Part shown: positions 56,799 to 64,000 of the stretch, piece after piece
How the letters are laid out: each line of letters starts with the position of its first letter
Position numbering within the stretch: the stretch's first letter is position 1
Position numbers and translations under genes: made by a program
Notes under the pieces: model-generated
Seen by the model: the letters and a program-made list of their open reading frames with translations, nothing else
What the model was told of the DNA's origin: nothing
The model's database searches: none
Origin: Patescibacteria group bacterium
GTDB lineage: Bacteria > Patescibacteriota > Patescibacteriia > JBHPGJ01
DNA length: 64,000 bases
Reading direction: 5' to 3'
Assembly: GCA_042570545.1 (NCBI GenBank)
Contig: JBHPGJ010000002.1
Span: 31,741-95,740 of the forward strand

Positions 56799-57966
56799 AC
56801 TGAAAAATTTTATACCCTTTGGCGCTCCCAAATTTGACAAGCATACCGAACAGGAGGTCATAAAAACTTTACGCAGTGGCTGGATCGGTACCGGACCGCA
56901 AACAGAAAAGTTTGAAAAGAAAATTGCCGAGTATCTGGGTGTAGAAAACGCAGTGGCCGTATCATCATGTACGGCTGGTCTGCATTTGAGTTTATTGGTT
57001 TCGGGGATCAAGCAGGGTGATGAAGTAATAACCAGTCCTATGACCTATATTGCCACCGCCAGCGCCATTATGCAGGCTGGTGCCAAAGTAAAATTTGCGG
57101 ATATTGATTTAGCCACTTATAATATTAAATCTGATGAAATCGGAAAAAATATAAGCAAAAAGACAAAAATAATCCTGCCGGTTCATTTTGGCGGCTTACC
57201 GGCTGATCTAGCAGCAATCAAAAAGATTATCGGACGAAAGAAAATAAAAATCATTGAAGACGCAGCTCATGCTATTGGTGCCCGGTATGATGGTAAAAAA
57301 ATCGGTAAAAGTGATAATTTAGTCTGTTTTAGTTTCTACCCAAATAAAAATATCACCAGTTGCGAAGGGGGAATAATAGCAGTACCTGATAAGAAGTTGG
57401 CTGATAAAATACGCGTACTAAGCACGCACGGATTAGACGCCGATGCCTGGAAACGATATCATCGCCGTTCTTTGCGGGTTAGCCTGGCGGTAATGCCTGG
57501 ATATAAATATAATCTGACCGATTTAAATTCCACCATTGGCTTGCAACAGCTAAAAAAAGTCGAGAAATGGCAGCGGCTGAGAGAAAATTATGCAAAGATT
57601 TATGATAAATTTTTTAGTGATATTCCCGGCGTTTATATACAGAAAAGACCCAAGAATATCAGACGCAATCGGCACTCATTGCACCTGTACAGTTTAAGGT
57701 TGGATGAAGAAGTATTTAAACATGGTACCAGGGATAGGGTAGTCAAAAAATTATTAGCTAAAAATATTGGTGCCAGCGTTCATTACTATGCCATACATCT
57801 ACATCCGTTATTTCGCAAATTAGGTTATAAAAAAGGAGATTTTCCAATCGCTGAAAAAGTAAGCCAAGAGATTTTTTCCCTGCCGTTGACCCCCCATCTG
57901 ACTACTAATGTTATCAGAACCATTGCCGGCATTACTAAAGAAACGATAAAGAATAACCTTTCATAA
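56791..57966 (+). CDS. DegT/DnrJ/EryC1/StrS-family PLP-dependent sugar aminotransferase (ArnB-like).
   Basis: 'FGAPKFDKHTEQEVIKTLRSGWIGTGPQTEKFEKKIAEYLGVENAVAVSSCTAGLHL' is the family N-terminus; an active-site Lys region is present. Confidence 0.85.
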   Translation: MDKLKNFIPFGAPKFDKHTEQEVIKTLRSGWIGTGPQTEKFEKKIAEYLGVENAVAVSSCTAGLHLSLLVSGIKQGDEVITSPMTYIATASAIMQAGAKVKFADIDLATYNIKSDEIGKNISKKTKIILPVHFGGLPADLAAIKKIIGRKKIKIIEDAAHAIGARYDGKKIGKSDNLVCFSFYPNKNITSCEGGIIAVPDKKLADKIRVLSTHGLDADAWKRYHRRSLRVSLAVMPGYKYNLTDLNSTIGLQQLKKVEKWQRLRENYAKIYDKFFSDIPGVYIQKRPKNIRRNRHSLHLYSLRLDEEVFKHGTRDRVVKKLLAKNIGASVHYYAIHLHPLFRKLGYKKGDFPIAEKVSQEIFSLPLTPHLTTNVIRTIAGITKETIKNNLS

Positions 57967-57970
57967 TTTA

Positions 57971-58711
57971 GTGGATCAATCTACACATAATACAGTTAGA
58001 CGTGAGGGTACCAAACACTGGTGGTTTGTCGGACGTAAACAAATTTTTGCCAAATTATTAAAAAATTATCTTCCCAAATCGAATCTTAATATACTTGATC
58101 TCGGCTGCGGATCGGGCAATATGTATTCGGTATTAAGTAAATATGGAAAACTGACAGGGGTCGATAATAGCGGGGAAGTGCTGGCCTACGCCCAAAAAAT
58201 TGGTTACGAAAAAATTGTCAAAGCCAACGCCCTTGATCTTCCGTTAAATAATAATGAATATGATTTGGTAGTCGCTGTTGATCTGATTGAACATATCGAC
58301 GATGAAAATAAATTTATAAATGAGATATTTCGGGTGATGAAACCCGGTGGCTACTTATTTATTACCACCGCTGCCTTTGATTCTCTGTGGAGCCGATTAG
58401 ATGAGCTGTCTCATCATAAGCGTCGCTATACCAAGGTCTCGTTAATGAAAAGTTTAAGCCGGCCGGGCTGGCAATTGGAAAAAATAAGATATTATAATGT
58501 ATTTCTTTTTTGGCCCATAGTGATAAAACGCATGATTGATAAGATGTTATCAAACAAATCAAATGACGCCAGTGATTTGTATGATCTAAGAACACCGCCG
58601 GCCATAATTAATAATCTTTTGGAAAATATTTTAATCAGCGAAAAGTATTTTATCGGTATCCCGTTCCCAGCCGGTGTATCGTTAATGGCAATAGTTAAAA
58701 AAAATGGATAA
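57971..58711 (+). CDS. Class I SAM-dependent methyltransferase.
   Basis: 'ILDLGCGSGNM' motif I; 'VVAVDLIEH' motif II. Confidence 0.7.
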   Translation: MDQSTHNTVRREGTKHWWFVGRKQIFAKLLKNYLPKSNLNILDLGCGSGNMYSVLSKYGKLTGVDNSGEVLAYAQKIGYEKIVKANALDLPLNNNEYDLVVAVDLIEHIDDENKFINEIFRVMKPGGYLFITTAAFDSLWSRLDELSHHKRRYTKVSLMKSLSRPGWQLEKIRYYNVFLFWPIVIKRMIDKMLSNKSNDASDLYDLRTPPAIINNLLENILISEKYFIGIPFPAGVSLMAIVKKNG

Positions 58712-59333
58712 AAAACTGGCCCTAAACAATTTAAAACTAATATATTCTGGTAAATCAAATTTATATATTCAGCTGCGGACTAGATTATTTTGGTCACGAT
58801 TTGAGAAGTTAGTTAATTTATTACCAGACCAGGGCCGTCTTGTCGATATCGGCTGTGGCCAAGGGCTATTGTTGAATTTAATATCAGTATATCGACCCAG
58901 TCTGACATTAGTTGGCGTTGACACGGACAGTGAGCGTATCAGTGAAGCAGAGAAAACCATAAATGGCCGAACAAATATTAAGTTTTATAACTCTGACGCC
59001 AGAGAATTTAACTTTCAAACAGGTGATAATATTCTTTTTGTGGATTCACTCCATCACATACCGTATAACGATCATCGGCCACTACTGCAAAGACTGGCAC
59101 AGCAAGTTAAGCACGAGGGTAGATTGATAATATCTGAAGTTGAAAAAAACCCCCGCTGGAAATACGCGCTGTCTTATTTGAGTGATACACTACTGTATCC
59201 TAGTAGTACCAGGTGTCAGTTTTATAGTGTTACAGAAATGATGGCCTTGCTCAAAAGCACAGGCTGGAACGACCAAAGCATAACCAAGGTTCATAATATA
59301 TTTCCAACAGTGATTTATGAATGCCAAACTTAG
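58704..59333 (+). CDS. Class I SAM-dependent methyltransferase.
   Basis: 'LVDIGCGQGLLL' motif I. Confidence 0.7.
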   Translation: MDKKLALNNLKLIYSGKSNLYIQLRTRLFWSRFEKLVNLLPDQGRLVDIGCGQGLLLNLISVYRPSLTLVGVDTDSERISEAEKTINGRTNIKFYNSDAREFNFQTGDNILFVDSLHHIPYNDHRPLLQRLAQQVKHEGRLIISEVEKNPRWKYALSYLSDTLLYPSSTRCQFYSVTEMMALLKSTGWNDQSITKVHNIFPTVIYECQT

Positions 59334-60849
59334 TCTAATACCCAAAAGTTGGAGCCGGCGTACGGTCATGATCATAATGGTCTTGGTTGTTCTTGTTTTA
59401 CTTTTTTATCAATTAGATATATATCCACTTGCCGGGCCCCAAACTGATGAACATTTTTACCTTAGGTTTGCTAATGAGAGAATAAATAATTATAACTTTC
59501 CGGGATCATTAAAATATTTCACATCAGTATCGCCACAGCTGCCGATGACTGAACTGTATCTTATAATTACTTCAGGGTATTTGAAAATTGCCGGACTAAA
59601 CTTTGTAGCCGCAAGATCTTTTTCAATTATCTTTACGCTGGCCACCTTAATAATATTGTGGTTATTGGCAGCGGCGATCGGCAAACGGTCGGTTGTTTTT
59701 TTTACGTTCATGAGTTTGATATCGACGACCTACTTTTGGAAAATATCAAGAGAATTCATTCCTCACGTGGTCGTGATGTTTGCCATCTTTGGGTCGGTAT
59801 ATTTTTTATATAAATGGCGGCAGAGTAATAAGTCATATTTTTATTATATTAGTTTGCTTTTAGCAATTCTGGCACCATTCATTTCTTACTGGGCCCTATT
59901 TTTTATACTACTATTTCCTTGGTTAGTATACCAAAGAACAAAAAAATTAACTTTTTGGTTAAGTTGGTTGCCCATCAGCCTATTATTTTTATATTGGTCG
60001 ATTAAATATTATGCACTGGGAGAAATATTCTTAATGGATTTATATGAATTATTTAATTGGCAGCAAACTGGTGGCTTATTAGGTGATTCTGATCTATTAA
60101 ATCAATTTATTTACGGTCTAAAAAAATTCGTGTTTTTTTTGGGCAGCAATTTTACATTGTTACCCGGATTATTAGGCTTACTATTAATTAAAGATCGGTG
60201 GCTTAGAAACAGCTTGCTGGCCATTGTTATTATTGGCGGTGTGTTTATTTTCCGCACCCGAGATTATATATTTAGTCAATACTTAACAATAATTCTTATA
60301 CCATTTCTGGCGCTGGGCGCTGGAGTGATATTGGCAGGACTTTTCAGCTGGCTTAAAAAGATGTTAAATAATCTTAAGATAAATATTTTATTTTATTATT
60401 TAATACTAGCATCATTTATTATGATAATGTTAGTTGGAACAATTTTCAGGTACGTAGATATTCAGCAGATAAGAAATGAGACAGTTAATTACTATCATAA
60501 AATTTATGATACAAGTGATTTTGTCAATAGCATGATCACTCCAATGGATTATATTATCGCCCCGTCCGAGATATATTGGCGTATTCATTCAGATGCTATG
60601 GTCGAGTCGGGTGTATACGCCAGAGAATTTGGTCGTATTAATGATAATTTTAGAGCGAATTATCGGACCGAAGATAAATACTTTAATTGGGACACAGATG
60701 TAGCTAATGCCAAATTCGTAGTACGGCGATCGCCAAAAATGTTAAAGTATAATCATATGGATGATTATATAGTAGAGCAGACTACTGATTGGCCTTTAGT
60801 ATTTTCCAATGATTACTACTTAGTGTATAAGAACGAAGCTATTGATTAA
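59317..60849 (+). CDS. GT-C fold membrane glycosyltransferase (ArnT/PMT, GT83/GT39-like).
   Basis: At least 10 predicted TM helices; a first-loop 'DE' motif 'GPQTDEHFYLRFA'; a large C-terminal soluble domain. Confidence 0.7.
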   Translation: MNAKLSLIPKSWSRRTVMIIMVLVVLVLLFYQLDIYPLAGPQTDEHFYLRFANERINNYNFPGSLKYFTSVSPQLPMTELYLIITSGYLKIAGLNFVAARSFSIIFTLATLIILWLLAAAIGKRSVVFFTFMSLISTTYFWKISREFIPHVVVMFAIFGSVYFLYKWRQSNKSYFYYISLLLAILAPFISYWALFFILLFPWLVYQRTKKLTFWLSWLPISLLFLYWSIKYYALGEIFLMDLYELFNWQQTGGLLGDSDLLNQFIYGLKKFVFFLGSNFTLLPGLLGLLLIKDRWLRNSLLAIVIIGGVFIFRTRDYIFSQYLTIILIPFLALGAGVILAGLFSWLKKMLNNLKINILFYYLILASFIMIMLVGTIFRYVDIQQIRNETVNYYHKIYDTSDFVNSMITPMDYIIAPSEIYWRIHSDAMVESGVYAREFGRINDNFRANYRTEDKYFNWDTDVANAKFVVRRSPKMLKYNHMDDYIVEQTTDWPLVFSNDYYLVYKNEAID

Positions 60850-60852
60850 CCA

Positions 60853-62349
60853 ATGAAAAAATTGATTTTTAACCGGTCAAATCTAATATTTATCGCTATT
60901 TTTATTATTGCTGCTGCTCTCCGATTAGTTTACCTCAGCGATACACCTCCTTGGTATACCGACGAAGGATTTTATCTGAATGTTTCCTGGGAAATAATTC
61001 ACGGAAATTATGAGATAATGGGTGTCGGCGACTGGACCTTTATCTCGCCCTACTTTACTACACCGCCGTTGTACTTATATATTATTGGATTGCTTAGTGT
61101 GGTGTTTGGCAAGACATTGTTAGTAACCAGATTGTTCTCAGTGGTAATCGGATTGGCAACCATTTTTTCTTTGTATGTGATCGGCAAAAAAATATTTTCA
61201 CCCAAACACGGTTTATTAATAGCAGCCGTATATGCACTGCTGCCTGAATTTATTTTAAATAACCGTTGGGCTTTCCCTCACGGTCTGGCCGGTTTATTGG
61301 TGCTATGGTGGATATATTTATTTTGGCGGTATCTGCAAAATAATGAACAAAAATATCTACTTTGTTCAATATTATTATTAGCCACTGCCAACCTGGTGAC
61401 CTATTGGACTTGGCCGCTGTTTATAGTGATGCCTTTTATATTGTGGCGCCGAATAAGAATTAAATCCATATTTTATAGTTTACTTAGTTTGCTGCCATTG
61501 CTGCTGTTGATCAGCTGGCGCTTGGCGGTCATACCGGAGATCTTTATAAGCGATTTACGAAGCTTAGTAAGCGGTGATGTTGTTCTGGATCCACATCCTT
61601 CAATCTTAATTGGTTTTATAAAATTTTATACCATGGATGTTTTGTTTTTTCTGTCGTTTATCGGACTGTTTTTAATTAAAGATAAAGTATTAAAGTGGCT
61701 AATCTTATCGGTCTATCTAATGACCAGTCTGCCGATATTAATTTATCGATGGAATCCAGTAGATCATTTTTATCCAAATCTTATATTTACGCCGGTTTTA
61801 CTGATTGGAGTGGGCGCGATATTTTTGCGGTTAGGCGATACTAAGAAAATATTTAATATTAAAATCACGAAAATATTATTACCGTTATTGATAGCTTATC
61901 TGTCGATCTGGACACTGATCAGTGGCGCTATGCTGGCTGACAAATCTCTAGCTAGGATAATTTCCGACCGGCCTTTTATCGTCGCCCAATCAGTGGGGGA
62001 AATGAAAGAGGTAGCGTCATATATTAATAACAGATCAAGTTCGGAAGACTATGTAATTGCTCCCAACAATCTCAATTGGCAATTAAAGGCCAGAACCACG
62101 ACCTTAGTATGGACAGCCTGTTATGAAAATATGGATGATTTTAATTTTATCTGGCCGGAAAGATATAGTTGGCAGCCATCAATTGCCGAGGCGAAATATT
62201 ACGTACATGATCGGTATTTTGGCGGTGATGCCAGTGTGTGCAAGCCGTATCGACAAGAAATAATCGATACTATGGTTGAGCAAAATTGGTCGGTAGTATA
62301 TAGTACCGAGCGCTTTGATGTTCATGCTAATCCACAACTAGCCGAATAA
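60853..62349 (+). CDS. GT-C fold membrane glycosyltransferase; a paralog of 59317-60849.
   Basis: Polytopic; 'PPWYTDEGFYLNVSWEI' is the DE-loop; C-terminal soluble domain. Confidence 0.7.
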   Translation: MKKLIFNRSNLIFIAIFIIAAALRLVYLSDTPPWYTDEGFYLNVSWEIIHGNYEIMGVGDWTFISPYFTTPPLYLYIIGLLSVVFGKTLLVTRLFSVVIGLATIFSLYVIGKKIFSPKHGLLIAAVYALLPEFILNNRWAFPHGLAGLLVLWWIYLFWRYLQNNEQKYLLCSILLLATANLVTYWTWPLFIVMPFILWRRIRIKSIFYSLLSLLPLLLLISWRLAVIPEIFISDLRSLVSGDVVLDPHPSILIGFIKFYTMDVLFFLSFIGLFLIKDKVLKWLILSVYLMTSLPILIYRWNPVDHFYPNLIFTPVLLIGVGAIFLRLGDTKKIFNIKITKILLPLLIAYLSIWTLISGAMLADKSLARIISDRPFIVAQSVGEMKEVASYINNRSSSEDYVIAPNNLNWQLKARTTTLVWTACYENMDDFNFIWPERYSWQPSIAEAKYYVHDRYFGGDASVCKPYRQEIIDTMVEQNWSVVYSTERFDVHANPQLAE

Positions 62350-62417
62350 TCAGTATTGGTTGCTTATAACCATTAAAATAAGTATAATTGAAATAGTTTA
62401 GAAAAAAATATATTCTT

Positions 62418-63776
62418 TTGCTTATTCAAATCAGCAGCCATAGCATGACAAACCAAAATAATTTAATGGAAGATATCATCTCGCTAGCCAAACGGCGGGG
62501 TTTTATTTTTCAGTCATCGGAAATGTACGGTGGCTTGGGTGGTTTTTATGATTACGGCCCGCTGGGGGTTGAACTAAAAAGAAAAGTAGAAAGCCAGTGG
62601 TGGAAAATATTCGTGGAAGAACGGGAAGACGTGGTTGGCCTGGCCAGCTCAATAATAATGAATCCTAAGGTCTGGGAAGCCAGCGGTCATCTTGAGCATT
62701 TTTCTGACCCCTTGGTAGAATGCAAAAAATGTCATCAACGATTCCGGGCTGATCAAGAAGCGGAAATCAAAGAACATCAGCACCAGGAATTTACCGAACC
62801 GCGGTCTTTTAATACTTTGTTTAAGACTTATGTTGGACCGACCGAGGATGATGCCAATGTGGCTTACTTACGGCCGGAAACTGCCCAAGGTATGTTCGTA
62901 AACTTTGAAAACGTCCTTAATTCTACCCGAGCCACTGTGCCTTTTGGTATTGCGCAGATTGGTAAATCGTTCCGCAACGAAATAACTTACCGGAATTTTA
63001 TTTTTCGCGTGCGTGAATTTGATATTGCCGAAGTCGAGTACTTTGTAAAACCCGGTGAGGACGACCAGGCCTTTGCTGACTGGTTGAAATTTATGGAGCG
63101 GGCATTGACTGAGGGCTTTGGATTAGATAAGAAAAAATTAAAACATTTTGAGCATCCTAAGGAGAAACTAGCTCATTATAGCAAACAGACTATTGATATC
63201 ATGTATCAGTACCCCTGGGGCTGGGATGAATTATGGGGCCTGGCCAACCGGACTGATTATGATCTAAAACAGCATGAAAAATTTTCGGGGCAAAAATTAG
63301 CTTATCGTGATCCAAAATCCGGCGAAACCTATACGCCTTATGTTATTGAGCCGACCGGGGGTATAGACCGCTTATTGCTGGCCATATTAGCGGAATCTTA
63401 CTCCAAGGTAAAAGGCGGTCGTACTACCACCACTAAAGCAACCAAGGATGAAGAAGTAGTACTAAAATTACCAAAAAATCTTGCCCCATTTCAGGTGGCC
63501 GTATTGCCGTTAACCAAAAAAGAAAGTGTAACCAAAGTGGCTCGCCAAATTTATGATGAATTACGGCTGAAGCTGGCTATTGATTATGATGAAGTTGCCT
63601 CGGTAGGCCGCCGCTATCGGCGTCAGGATGAAATTGGTACACCTTATTGCGTGACTATAGATTTTGACTCACTAGATGATAAGCAGGTAACTATTCGTGA
63701 CCGGGATACAATGAAACAGGATCGGATACCGATTGATAATTTGGCCGACGAGCTAACTAGGAGATTAGCTGACTAA
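62418..63776 (+). CDS. glyQS: Glycyl-tRNA synthetase, alpha2 (GlyQS) type.
   Basis: 'RRGFIFQSSEMYGGLGGFYDYGPLGVELK' is typical of class II GlyRS; the anticodon-binding C-terminus is also typical. Confidence 0.9.
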   Translation: MLIQISSHSMTNQNNLMEDIISLAKRRGFIFQSSEMYGGLGGFYDYGPLGVELKRKVESQWWKIFVEEREDVVGLASSIIMNPKVWEASGHLEHFSDPLVECKKCHQRFRADQEAEIKEHQHQEFTEPRSFNTLFKTYVGPTEDDANVAYLRPETAQGMFVNFENVLNSTRATVPFGIAQIGKSFRNEITYRNFIFRVREFDIAEVEYFVKPGEDDQAFADWLKFMERALTEGFGLDKKKLKHFEHPKEKLAHYSKQTIDIMYQYPWGWDELWGLANRTDYDLKQHEKFSGQKLAYRDPKSGETYTPYVIEPTGGIDRLLLAILAESYSKVKGGRTTTTKATKDEEVVLKLPKNLAPFQVAVLPLTKKESVTKVARQIYDELRLKLAIDYDEVASVGRRYRRQDEIGTPYCVTIDFDSLDDKQVTIRDRDTMKQDRIPIDNLADELTRRLAD

Positions 63777-63777
63777 A

Positions 63778-64000
63778 ATGAAATTCGCTGGAGTTATCAT
63801 CGTAATATTAGTTGTCGTGGTAATAATAAGCGGCATTTATTATTTTGGCGTTGAGCAAACCACTAACGTTACCGAAAATAACAATACTGCTATTAATACC
63901 ACTACCGACGTGATTGCCGTGAACACCAATACAAACAATTCAAACACAGCGGTAAGCAACACAGCGGTAAGCAACGTCAACACGACCCTTACTAATATTA
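63778..64000 (+). CDS. Start of a membrane protein with an Asn/Thr-rich low-complexity region, truncated by the window end.
   Basis: ATG at 63778, then a TM segment 'FAGVIIVILVVVVIISGIYYFG' and an N/T-rich tail; the frame is open to the window end. Confidence 0.4.
   Translation, partial: MKFAGVIIVILVVVVIISGIYYFGVEQTTNVTENNNTAINTTTDVIAVNTNTNNSNTAVSNTAVSNVNTTLTNI

Overview
The window is a gene-dense bacterial chromosome segment of about 42% GC. The gene content and architecture are consistent with a small-genome, CPR/Patescibacteria-like organism; this is inference, not proven.

Content, in order:
- A cell-surface locus:
  - A giant, N-terminally truncated tandem-repeat adhesin-like protein of 1585 aa or more.
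  - A small secreted protein that shares the adhesin's C-terminal domain.
  - A TM-anchored surface protein.
  - A dockerin-tailed secreted protein.
  - Two paralogous membrane-anchored cohesin-like proteins.
  - Two glycosyltransferases.
- A housekeeping block: tRNA-Val, lepB, hisS, HIT, rpsU, yqeY.
- A 2100-aa Cys-rich giant surface protein with a VirB2/TrbC-pilin-like N-terminus, followed by two TSP3-repeat membrane proteins.
- ybeY, dgkA, ftsA, ftsZ, nrdR, a polysaccharide deacetylase and htrA.
- prfB with the classic programmed +1 frameshift.
- A split ComEC.
- A compositionally foreign island (about 50% GC) encoding an SPFH/band-7 protein and a polytopic membrane protein, abutting tRNA-Asp.
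- VanZ.
- The infC-rpmI-rplT operon, with infC apparently starting on AUU/AUA.
- A tmRNA (ssrA) lying in an ORF-free gap next to smpB.
- argS, a GT4 glycosyltransferase, ileS, recO, a DUF11-like membrane protein, a PHP phosphoesterase and tgt.
- A small GC-rich orphan gene.
- A Nudix hydrolase.
- A membrane-anchored ClpC-like AAA+ protein with a zinc ribbon and a degenerate first ATPase domain.
- A second GC-rich islet carrying a phage Mu Gam-like gene divergent from a tiny Cys-rich ORF.
- An Arn-like lipid-linked amino-sugar glycosylation cluster: formyltransferase, GT2, DegT aminotransferase, two methyltransferases and two GT-C glycosyltransferases.
- glyQS, then the start of another gene at the window edge.

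No CRISPR array, rRNA or recognisable transposase/integrase was seen.

The most interesting candidates are the cohesin-dockerin surface module with its giant adhesins, the Gam-like islet, the SPFH island at tRNA-Asp, the Arn-like cluster and the membrane-anchored Clp-like ATPase.
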